From the IMG/VR virus record IMGVR_UViG_3300034061_006011: a stretch of DNA of 64,000 bases. One strand, 5' to 3'. This document shows positions 50,346 through 59,033 of this stretch, piece after piece (within the stretch, counting starts at the first letter, position 1; each line of letters starts with the position of its first letter). Origin of the DNA: a virus (Duplodnaviria; Caudoviricetes). Below the pieces are notes generated by a model that worked only from the letters and a program-made list of their open reading frames with translations, was not told the DNA's origin and did not search any database. The position numbers and the translations under genes are program-made.

Positions 50346-51269
50346 TCAAGCTTCGTCTTCGTCTTCAGATTCTTTTTCCCAACTCCAGTCTTCTTGTTGT
50401 TCTTCTTCTTCGTTCACATTATCGTCTAAATTTCGTGTTTCTCCTAATGTTTCTATAATTTCTTCTGGAACTGAATTAGGATTCTCTTTAATCATATTAA
50501 GAACCATGCAATACTTTTGTAAATGACTAATTGTAGCCATCAAGGTTTTTTCGACATTTTCATAACCAGACATAATGGTCCTGATTTCTTTGTTATTACT
50601 TGCATATTCTCCGAGCATACTGGTCATAAGTTCAATCAGATACTTAATTACTTTCACATCAATCTTCAAGACTTCCTGAATTTCAGGACTAATAGACTCA
50701 TCTTGTGAATGCTGATTCATTGCATTCTCATCTTGAGTCCGCATAAATTCATAATATCCTTCACAGAAATCTTTAATTGAATTAACGCTATTCTTCCCGA
50801 ATACTTTTACAAATTCTTTCATGTTATGTTTGATAGTACATTTCATTTCAGGTGGAAATATCTTATCAATTTTGCTTCTTTCACAGAATTCGCATTCTGG
50901 ATTATTGAACTTACAAAACTTGCATCCATATTCAGCGAATGCAAATATAACAGAACTAGCCAAGATTGCAGTTGTTCCATGCTGCAATGAATCTTTTTGT
51001 CCAATGTAAGAACATTTAAATTGTTCTCCTTTTTCGTTTTCAAAAGTTAAAATATAAGTTTTATGATTTTTAAGTTTTGGGTTATTATATTTTTCTACTT
51101 TGATCAAGCTAATATTTTTCTTATTCATGAAATCATCAAGTAAACCAGACATTACATTTTCAAATACAGAACTGTTTGTATTATTGTTTTCCATTTTGTA
51201 TATGGAATTTTTCAATGTATTTGGAACAATCTTGCCTTCATAAAAGAAATCTACATTCTCATTGCTCAT
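50346..51269 (-). CDS. Hypothetical protein with CKFC...CEFC cluster and acidic tail
   Basis: Start moved to MSNENV after its own promoter and SD. Confidence 0.65.
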   Translation of the reverse strand: MSNENVDFFYEGKIVPNTLKNSIYKMENNNTNSSVFENVMSGLLDDFMNKKNISLIKVEKYNNPKLKNHKTYILTFENEKGEQFKCSYIGQKDSLQHGTTAILASSVIFAFAEYGCKFCKFNNPECEFCERSKIDKIFPPEMKCTIKHNMKEFVKVFGKNSVNSIKDFCEGYYEFMRTQDENAMNQHSQDESISPEIQEVLKIDVKVIKYLIELMTSMLGEYASNNKEIRTIMSGYENVEKTLMATISHLQKYCMVLNMIKENPNSVPEEIIETLGETRNLDDNVNEEEEQQEDWSWEKESEDEDEA

Positions 51270-51322
51270 AACACACACCTCCTTATGGTGAACACCCATT
51301 GTAACGCATTGCGACAGCGATG

Positions 51323-53560
51323 TCAAGTCATCTTGCCTTCTGCATAGTATTCGACAATTTTCTTTGTCCTGTTTGCTTCGTCCATAAATATTGTTGGGTA
51401 AGACTCAATCATGTTTTTGAAATTATTATAAAATTCTTTTAATTCTCCTGAGAATTGTTCGATGATTGCAAGGAATTTTTGTTGATTACAATTTGCCATG
51501 GTTGATCTAAAATGATTTATTGTAAATATACAGTCAAACGCAACGCTTGAAGATAAAAAATTAGATTCAATAAAATCAATTATTGGATTTAATTTTGGCA
51601 AACTTTTAGCAAAAATTTCAAAAGACTTAAAATTATTAATTATATAATTAAAACATATATTTAGTTTTAGTCCTCTTATTAAATCATCACAATATTTATT
51701 TAAAAAATAATCATTTTCTGAATTTAGTTTATCTAATTTCCATTCTTCGGCAATAGTCTTAAGACACAAATAATTGATTCTTTTGCTGATTGATTCTGGA
51801 TAATCTTCCATGTATTTTTCTGTTGTATTAATCATTAATGTTTGGAATGAAATAAATTTAACATGATTTTCTTTTGTGTACTTCCTCATGAAGTCTCTGC
51901 TTTTCTTAGTGTTTTTAATTAAGAGAATTTTAGATGGAAGTTCATACTTTTTTGTTACGTCTTCATCCATGCGTATAAATGATGTTCTGATCAGTAGATC
52001 TGACAGATTAATTCTGGAATGATCGTTATCACGAAGATATATTCCTTGTGGTGATGAGAAAACCATACTGTCATATGGAATAAAATAAATGTAATGGTCT
52101 TGATGCAAACACTGTTCAAAAGCATCTGTTTCTTCTTTATCATCAACTTCCATGACATATTTTAATTTATAATCATAAAAATATGTGCTGAATTCTTTAA
52201 CAGACTTTTTAATTGTTTTGATAGATTTCTTTTGAAGACCTACTTGGGAGCATCTAATTACATTAGATCCATCAATCTTATTATTATCTGTTAAAATGAA
52301 TTCACATTCTGATTTTATAACTAATGCGGTGAATGAATATAAATTATTGTTTTTCTGATGACGACTTACCCAAGATCTCAATGCTTCCTGTGATGCTTTA
52401 GTATCATTAATCATAAAAACCAAAGCATCTTCACTTACATCTGCGCCGATGTTATAAGGAGTTTTTGTATGTAACTTTTCTTTTACATTTGCACTATATC
52501 TGGAAGCTTTAAAATATGTTCCAATCTCAATTGAGACTGGATAATCAATTATAAGTTTGATGTCTCTAGTGGAAGACAAAGGTTCACCACGCCAGTAAAA
52601 ATTACTTGCGTTAGCATTCATATCATCAAAAATATTTTCTTCACTAAATTTATTTTTAAATTTAATAAATTCAATTTGCGCTTTCATTTTGCTTTCATAT
52701 TTGTTGATAGTTTTCTGCATATCATCAGTAAATTTCTGATTAACTTTTGCAATAAATTTACTGATAAAGTTTATAGTTTGTTCTGTGTAAGCTAATTCTT
52801 CTCTTGATGGTGTAACATCAACAGATCTTGGTGGCACATGATAACAAATGCCTCTGGATCTGTTTTGTGTTTGCTTAATTCCAACCTTGTTTGTGTCAAG
52901 TCTGTATCTGACATTACTCATTACGATCCATACACCGGGTGAATCTGTATTTTCCCAATTGTCATCAATTTTATGTTCTGGAGATTCACTAAAATAAGAT
53001 AATTTTGTATTAAGGTTTGGTCTGACATGGAAAAATTCATAAATATTTTTTGCTTTATTTTCCCAATCTTTTTGGATAAAGCTTTTTAATTGTACAATTA
53101 TTTCAAGTCCGCTTCTTTCTGTAGTTTCTTCTTTCTTTAAAAATATGATGCTAGGGATTCCTTCTTTCTTATAGCATTGAAATGAATATTTCAATCCATC
53201 AATATATGAATTGACAAAAAATTCATCTGAGATAGCGAATGGTGATTTGCATCCGAGACCGAAGGCTCCGGTGTATGCTTTGCTTGTTGTTTTGGTAGAT
53301 GAAAAGAAGACTGTGAACACATCTTCTATTTGTTCTAATTTTAGACCTAATCCGAAGTCCCTGATACGGAATTGTTTGTTTGTATTATTAGGAAGGTCTA
53401 CGTCGAATGGTATGTTTGCAACACCTGCTTCAACATGTGCATCAGCAGCGTTGCATGATAGTTCTCTAATTACTGCTGAAATCTTATCAGAATATAAGTT
53501 ACTGGCGAGGATCTCAAATGCTTTTGCACTTGATTCAATGCGAAAGTTAAGTTCTGACAT
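51323..53560 (-). CDS. rIIA: rIIA-like protein (Hsp90/GHKL ATPase N-terminus)
   Basis: LASNLYSDKISAVIRELSCNAADAH, RDFGLGL, STK...GAFGLGCKSPFA, DVTPSREEL. Confidence 0.85.
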   Translation of the reverse strand: MSELNFRIESSAKAFEILASNLYSDKISAVIRELSCNAADAHVEAGVANIPFDVDLPNNTNKQFRIRDFGLGLKLEQIEDVFTVFFSSTKTTSKAYTGAFGLGCKSPFAISDEFFVNSYIDGLKYSFQCYKKEGIPSIIFLKKEETTERSGLEIIVQLKSFIQKDWENKAKNIYEFFHVRPNLNTKLSYFSESPEHKIDDNWENTDSPGVWIVMSNVRYRLDTNKVGIKQTQNRSRGICYHVPPRSVDVTPSREELAYTEQTINFISKFIAKVNQKFTDDMQKTINKYESKMKAQIEFIKFKNKFSEENIFDDMNANASNFYWRGEPLSSTRDIKLIIDYPVSIEIGTYFKASRYSANVKEKLHTKTPYNIGADVSEDALVFMINDTKASQEALRSWVSRHQKNNNLYSFTALVIKSECEFILTDNNKIDGSNVIRCSQVGLQKKSIKTIKKSVKEFSTYFYDYKLKYVMEVDDKEETDAFEQCLHQDHYIYFIPYDSMVFSSPQGIYLRDNDHSRINLSDLLIRTSFIRMDEDVTKKYELPSKILLIKNTKKSRDFMRKYTKENHVKFISFQTLMINTTEKYMEDYPESISKRINYLCLKTIAEEWKLDKLNSENDYFLNKYCDDLIRGLKLNICFNYIINNFKSFEIFAKSLPKLNPIIDFIESNFLSSSVAFDCIFTINHFRSTMANCNQQKFLAIIEQFSGELKEFYNNFKNMIESYPTIFMDEANRTKKIVEYYAEGKMT

Positions 53561-53591
53561 CCTTGTCTCCTTGTATGGTTACTTGTTAAAT

Positions 53592-53664
53592 TAGGCGTGA
53601 CTGGATTCGAACCAGCACTGTAGACATTTTAAGTGTCTTGTCTCTGCCGTTGGACTACACGCCC
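53592..53664 (-). tRNA. trnL: tRNA-Leu(TAA) with short variable arm
   Basis: Acceptor GGGCGTG/CACGCCT, A73; AGACA-CTTAAAA-TGTCT; GGTTCGAATCC. Confidence 0.9.
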
Positions 53665-53705
53665 TGTACCACTACACTAAGTTAGCATTAATGTCAAAAT
53701 CTTTA

Positions 53706-53951
53706 TCAAACATTTGTTGATATTTTTGTATCAGAATTCAATTCAAGGAAATCTAAAATCTGTTGCATTTTTAGATTCTCAGGAAGTTTGTTTTTGAGAT
53801 CTAATTTTTCGCCAAGAAAGTATTGCAATTCAAGTTGATCTATACTATCAATACCAATTTGGGCTAATGTTTTATCAAGATTTTCATCAATAGAAAAATC
53901 ATCAATATAATCTTGCATCGTTGATACAACTATATCAGTAACAGTTTTCAT
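53706..53951 (-). CDS. Acyl carrier protein-like
   Basis: LAQIGIDSIDQLEL phosphopantetheine motif; 81 aa, acidic. Confidence 0.7.
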   Translation of the reverse strand: MKTVTDIVVSTMQDYIDDFSIDENLDKTLAQIGIDSIDQLELQYFLGEKLDLKNKLPENLKMQQILDFLELNSDTKISTNV

Positions 53952-54090
53952 ATCACACTCCTTTGTGGAAAACTAAAGATCTTATTCAAAAATGGTGGTG
54001 AGGTCTTTGGCAAGGTGCTGCGTTTCCCTCAAAGATTCCTCACCACCATGTACCAATTATGTCACAAAATACACATCTTGTCAAGCTTTT

Positions 54091-54294
54091 TCAATCAGTC
54101 ATGATTGGACATTGACTAAGAATTTTGTTTAACGAATCAAATTTATCTGTAATAAAGTCTTCGCCAAATTTTTCTTTATATTTGCACAAAGCATCTTCAT
54201 AGTTCAAATTTTCAGTCTTCAATCTAAAGCATACAGAAGAATACGTTTCTCTTAAGTCCTGCATCAGTTCTGAGATATCACTATAATGCTTCAT
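54091..54294 (-). CDS. Hypothetical protein
   Basis: GGAG-led. Confidence 0.55.
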   Translation of the reverse strand: MKHYSDISELMQDLRETYSSVCFRLKTENLNYEDALCKYKEKFGEDFITDKFDSLNKILSQCPIMTD

Positions 54295-54348
54295 GTTGTA
54301 CTCCTATGGAGATGTGGGAAGTTCGCTTCCCACATCTGTTAGTGAATA

Positions 54349-54741
54349 TCAATCCTTATTTTTCTGAAAACCAACAGCAGCAGTCTGAAGCTTCTTAGCA
54401 AAAGCAAACAGAGTGTTCACATAATGTGAATCTTTTGTAGCTTTTTTAAGACATGAAAAGATAGATTCACCTAAATCAAACGCATACCTTTTAGTCATGG
54501 TAATTTGATTTAGTTGATGGAATCTGAATACAGAGAAGTTGTCTGTATCATTGTAGAAATAAGCATCTTCTGATTGAACGCATTCTTTCATATCGTTCAG
54601 CAAGAGTTCATGTGATGATGCAATTAAAACATCTAGGTTGAGAACATTAGACAATTGATTAAAGAATTCTTCGCTTCCTTTAATAATTGTCACACCACGC
54701 CAGCCAGTAACATCAAAAACAACAGGTCCGTTAGTATTCAC
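54349..54741 (-). CDS. Hypothetical protein
   Basis: Coupled to the upstream gene. Confidence 0.55.
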   Translation of the reverse strand: MNTNGPVVFDVTGWRGVTIIKGSEEFFNQLSNVLNLDVLIASSHELLLNDMKECVQSEDAYFYNDTDNFSVFRFHQLNQITMTKRYAFDLGESIFSCLKKATKDSHYVNTLFAFAKKLQTAAVGFQKNKD

Positions 54742-54947
54742 GATTCAATCCTTTCACAAAGAACATAGCTAATTCCATAGCCAGTAATAGTTTTCATTTT
54801 GTGCTTGGTAGTTTCTTCGTTTGGGACCAAGCGAAAATATGGATGATATTGATTGCCGAATATCTGGATGTTTATGATTTTACATTTAACACCCAGATAT
54901 TCGACAAACATTCCTTCTCTGATCGAATGACTTTCAACTTGTGTCAT
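54738..54947 (-). CDS. Hypothetical SH3-like small protein
   Basis: IREGMFVEYLGVKCKIINI. Confidence 0.5.
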   Translation of the reverse strand: MTQVESHSIREGMFVEYLGVKCKIINIQIFGNQYHPYFRLVPNEETTKHKMKTITGYGISYVLCERIES

Positions 54948-54971
54948 TGTAATTACTCATTTAGCTTTTCC

Positions 54972-56429
54972 TTACTTGCCGAAGTCTTTAAATACTGTCT
55001 TAGCAATCACCTTGATCAAGTAGTTCTGGAAGTCTCTTGACCCATCATTAGCCTTTGTAATGTGGTGAGTAAGCTCCTCGATCACAGTATGGAGAAGCAT
55101 TTCGTTAAGACCCTTATCCATCATGTTGTTATAGGCAACCGTATCCTTGTCCCAGAAGCCAAACAGGATTGTGTTGTCTGTCTGATTGACATCAAATCCT
55201 TTCACAATTGGAGCTTGACGATCATTTGTCAGACCAAGAGATGCAAGCTTATCCCAGACAAGACTTGTAGCTGTAACAAAGTCTTCTGAAGGATCAGTAA
55301 TCTTCTTGCCATTCATTTCATCGGTTGTCAAGACATCAGTATCAGTCTTGATTCCCATGCTGCGGATGAATTCAAGATAACAATCAGGTGCAAGGACCGT
55401 CTTGTATCCTTTATCTTGGCAGAACCTAGCGGTCAGTTCGCCAGCTACGACTGTGTTTTCTCCGTAAAACTTGACCCAAGTATTCGTCCAAGTCTTCTTC
55501 CTTTCCTCAGTTTGATAACTGGAGAAGTAATAATTTGGGAAAGTGTGTTCCCAATACTTTTTGTTAACTGAGAAGGATGAAATGAGCTTCATCAGGCATC
55601 GTTCGTTTGCATATTCTGTAATATAACTAGCTGCCTTGCTCATTGCAGTCCATGTATCAACACTACGAGATTCATTCATGTTGATATCGTCAACATTGTA
55701 ATCAAACAATGCTTCTTCTTTGCCATTACTTTCACAGATAAGAACTCCACGACGATAGATCATTGATCCATTTTCAGTGGAAATATTCTTATAACGACGA
55801 GGAAACACAGAGTTTTCAAGCAGTTCAGGACTAGAAAAGTGCAAGAACCAACTATTGATGTTGTTGTAGAACTTTTGAACAGCATCAGTAAGAGGAATGA
55901 ATACTCTGACAGTTCCTGACTTGGCACGAACTTGATTCTCTTGCACGATTTCAATCACTACATCAGTGTGACTGAGATCTTGAATATAGCAAGCATCAAT
56001 TGCATTGCTAATGAATTCACGCATTGAGAATGAAATGTCGCTCCAATCCATTGAGCCGAAGGACAATGTGTGGTTAAGAATCTCCTTCTTCTTAACTGCT
56101 TTGCCATTATTGTCCTTGCCAGAGTGAGCAACGCCAACCTGATGTTGTGTATCAGTACCTGTTAAGCTATTCAAGTGAATAGGTTGGGTAAAGAATTCCA
56201 ACTTCTGGTTTTCGTTATAGATGATTGGATTGATATTTTGCCTAAGACAGAGAGCGATGGCATGATTACCACCAGAACCAAACTGTCCAATGATTCGCTT
56301 ATCTTCATTCTTATGTTCACGTTTGGTACTTGTTCCCCAAATTGTCCAAAATTCAGAGCTAATTGAGTTCTTAACTGGATTTTCAATTTTCAAATACAAC
56401 ATATCAATCTCCTTATTTGCAGTCGTCAT
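54972..56429 (-). CDS. GHKL-type ATPase with permuted motif order and C-terminal zincin-like segment
   Basis: GTSTK...IGQFGSG precedes MREFISNAIDA; HTVIEELTHH near the C-terminus. Confidence 0.7.
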   Translation of the reverse strand: MTTANKEIDMLYLKIENPVKNSISSEFWTIWGTSTKREHKNEDKRIIGQFGSGGNHAIALCLRQNINPIIYNENQKLEFFTQPIHLNSLTGTDTQHQVGVAHSGKDNNGKAVKKKEILNHTLSFGSMDWSDISFSMREFISNAIDACYIQDLSHTDVVIEIVQENQVRAKSGTVRVFIPLTDAVQKFYNNINSWFLHFSSPELLENSVFPRRYKNISTENGSMIYRRGVLICESNGKEEALFDYNVDDINMNESRSVDTWTAMSKAASYITEYANERCLMKLISSFSVNKKYWEHTFPNYYFSSYQTEERKKTWTNTWVKFYGENTVVAGELTARFCQDKGYKTVLAPDCYLEFIRSMGIKTDTDVLTTDEMNGKKITDPSEDFVTATSLVWDKLASLGLTNDRQAPIVKGFDVNQTDNTILFGFWDKDTVAYNNMMDKGLNEMLLHTVIEELTHHITKANDGSRDFQNYLIKVIAKTVFKDFGK

Positions 56430-56494
56430 TAGTAAACTGTCGTGAGTGACTGCCCTTCACGACAGGAGCATTGTAGCACAGATGGCAAAGCGTG

Positions 56495-57214
56495 TCAATG
56501 GTCGTTGTCAAGTTGTTTGGTCGTAACCCTTTTGATGCGAAAACCGGGAATGCTGTCGTCTTCAGTTTCTACTTGCACAAGATTTGGTTTATTTTTTGGC
56601 AAGTTTTGGTTTATTTTTGTTGACTCAGAAGTTTCTGGAAGAAATCTTGGTTTAGTATGAATAGGAATACATCCAGCACCTGATTGCTGAAGACATCTTC
56701 CTGCTACTTGTGTAGGTTTAACGGTTGCTTTGGTATTTTGAATTTTATTAGATTGAAAATACAATCTCCATAATTTTACTGAATCATCCTTTTGATTAGA
56801 TTCAGAATTTGGATAAGGTCCAAAATCTATTCCTGCGCTTCTATTTCTAGTTGTCGCAACATAAACTAATGATTCTCTTGCTGCTTGGCAGACAATTGGT
56901 TCTACATCTGTTGCAAGCAAATATACTACTTCATCTGGATTTCCTTTCATTCCGCAAGCAAAAGCTGCTGCTACTCTGTGTGTAGGATCTGAAGAAGTTG
57001 CTGCTGCTGTTAATATTTCTGTATTTGTCATGAGTGCTTTAGCCATATTTGTGGCATGAAGTCTCATCCCGATAATACTTTCTTGAGAATTTAGATAACT
57101 ATTTCTACTTGGCGAACAATGTCTACCATTGTCGCATCCAGCAGCTTGACACATATGTATCAAACCATTTTGAGAGAAAACAAGACACACGCTAACAAAA
57201 ACTAAACTGTTCAT
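56495..57214 (-). CDS. Exported HEAT-like protein of planctomycete type
   Basis: Signal-like N-terminus; RVAAAFACG...VCQAARESL...IDFGP. Confidence 0.5.
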   Translation of the reverse strand: MNSLVFVSVCLVFSQNGLIHMCQAAGCDNGRHCSPSRNSYLNSQESIIGMRLHATNMAKALMTNTEILTAAATSSDPTHRVAAAFACGMKGNPDEVVYLLATDVEPIVCQAARESLVYVATTRNRSAGIDFGPYPNSESNQKDDSVKLWRLYFQSNKIQNTKATVKPTQVAGRCLQQSGAGCIPIHTKPRFLPETSESTKINQNLPKNKPNLVQVETEDDSIPGFRIKRVTTKQLDNDH

Positions 57215-57265
57215 AATAATCCTCCTGAATGCATGTTATCATACATTCAGGAAAATGCAACATTT

Positions 57266-57481
57266 TTATGTTGTTGGATTTTCAACATTAAACAAACAAT
57301 TGTTCTTCAAATAAACTTCTTCACGATAAATTTTAACATTTCTAGATGCACAAATTCTAATTTTAGAACGTCCTTTGCATGATTCATCAAGATTGACAAT
57401 AATTTTTTCATTACCAATTTCAAGAATAAGACTTTCGCCTTCTTTGCGAGACAAAAGCAAACTGTTCCTGATACTCTTCAT
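57266..57481 (-). CDS. csrA: CsrA/RsmA-like translational regulator
   Basis: LLLSRKEGESL...KIRICASRNVKIYREEVY aligns with MLILTRRVGETL...VRIGVNAPKEVSVHREEIY. Confidence 0.75.
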   Translation of the reverse strand: MKSIRNSLLLSRKEGESLILEIGNEKIIVNLDESCKGRSKIRICASRNVKIYREEVYLKNNCLFNVENPTT

Positions 57482-57554
57482 GTGTAACTCCTTGTTAAGA
57501 ACCTTTGTGCCACGACATGTGACACAAGTATGGTATCAAATTCCTGTGACGATG

Positions 57555-57848
57555 TCAACCCAGAACAAGCGAATAGTTCTTATTTGTTTGAGCAAATTCT
57601 CTAGCTTCTTTTTCTGACTTGAATTTTGGAGAATCATTTTCATGTATTGGTAAGTTTGTACGACTTTTAATTAATAAATAATATTGATAACCTTCCTTGA
57701 TGTTTAGAGTCCAATTACATGGAAAAAATCTATAATTACTTACTTGAAAATATTTTTTAAGCTCTTTGTCTTTAGACTTTTGCTTCTTAGGTTTCTTCCT
57801 GTTTTCATAATCTTTACATTGCATAATACACTCCTTTGGTAAAAACAA
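57555..57848 (-). CDS. Hypothetical basic protein
   Basis: ORF track. Confidence 0.55.
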   Translation of the reverse strand: MFLPKECIMQCKDYENRKKPKKQKSKDKELKKYFQVSNYRFFPCNWTLNIKEGYQYYLLIKSRTNLPIHENDSPKFKSEKEAREFAQTNKNYSLVLG

Positions 57849-57911
57849 TGATTGTTTCTATTAAACTGCATTCAAAATTCTATCACTATTTGTTGATGTT
57901 GTCAACTACAT

Positions 57912-58046
57912 ATGTCTATGGATATGAGCTTTAAAAATTATATTGAAACATATGCTAACATGGGAACTCATCTTGGTGAATATGATGTTTTAAATGTTAA
58001 AGATAAAATAGCTGCAATTATGCCAAAATCACAACTGCCACATTAA
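57912..58046 (+). CDS. Short ORF with CTS-like segment (MSFKNYIE)
   Basis: Not in ORF track; followed by a terminator hairpin; start at 57912, 57918 or 57924. Confidence 0.45.
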   Translation: MSMDMSFKNYIETYANMGTHLGEYDVLNVKDKIAAIMPKSQLPH

Positions 58047-58145
58047 AAAAATACGCCACCGGGTTTTCGGTGGCGTATGTCAAACTGATACAATCTATTT
58101 AGTGTCGAACCGAGACAATATTATATAGTGTTAAATTTCAAAAAA

Positions 58146-58439
58146 TTATTTTTTACATTTGCATCCCTTGCATTTGCAAGGTTTGCAAGAACAATTCTGG
58201 CATGAACCAGTCGCACAGCCTTTACATTTACATTCACATTTCATATGTTCTTTCCTTTCTAGAAAGTTAGAGAAAGAATATTCTTCTTTTAATTTGTGAG
58301 TTTTTCTTGCAAAATCTTTTGCATCTTCAAGAGAAATGCCTTTGGCTATTTTTTTTATGCTTTTTGAACATTCACCAGTTTCTTTGCAACGAACAACTGC
58401 ACCGAATAATTTTCTCTGTTTTTCTGATTTAGCTGGCAT
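58146..58439 (-). CDS. MPAKS-family phage protein with Cys-rich metallothionein-like tail
   Basis: MPAKSEKQRKLFG; CECKCKGC...CKCKGCKC. Confidence 0.65.
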   Translation of the reverse strand: MPAKSEKQRKLFGAVVRCKETGECSKSIKKIAKGISLEDAKDFARKTHKLKEEYSFSNFLERKEHMKCECKCKGCATGSCQNCSCKPCKCKGCKCKK

Positions 58440-58462
58440 TTTCCCTCCAATCTATTTACTGA

Positions 58463-58993
58463 TTAGATGAACATTTTTACCTTTTTAATATCTCCATTTA
58501 TCTTCCAGTGGTAGAAAGATTGGATAACGTATTCATCTTCGGCGCAGATTAGTGGATCTCGCCAGTGTAGCATTTTGGTTCCAAGGATTAGTGCGCCGTC
58601 TCCGGGTTTAGTATCAAATGAAAGAACTTTACCTTTCTCTACTTGGACATGAAGTTCCCAAGGTTTTTTGAGATTGGAAAAGGTACAAAGAGAAAGTGTT
58701 AGATCTAGACCTTTGCGATCCACATGTTTTGCTAAAGTAGCCCCATTGTAGTAGATTCTAGTATATGAATTCTCTTCAACGATATTATGAATTCCTGTTC
58801 TTTCTTTAATAACAGGTGTTAATTCTTTTAATAATTTTTCAAAGTTTGCAATTCTGCCAGTTCCATATGAGTTGGCATAATGAGTTTTATCGGCTTCGTA
58901 ATTGAGTCGATTTTCTTTTTTTAATTTGAGTGCCACAGTGTTTAATTCTTGGCACCTTTCTGGTGTGATTAGCTTATCAAAAAATGTATACAT
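58463..58993 (-). CDS. 2OG-Fe(II) oxygenase
   Basis: YTRIY...KHVDR (HxD), GDG, HWRDPL. Confidence 0.85.
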   Translation of the reverse strand: MYTFFDKLITPERCQELNTVALKLKKENRLNYEADKTHYANSYGTGRIANFEKLLKELTPVIKERTGIHNIVEENSYTRIYYNGATLAKHVDRKGLDLTLSLCTFSNLKKPWELHVQVEKGKVLSFDTKPGDGALILGTKMLHWRDPLICAEDEYVIQSFYHWKINGDIKKVKMFI

Positions 58994-59033
58994 ATTATAT
59001 TTTAGTTATTTTAATTAAATATGAAATTTTTAT

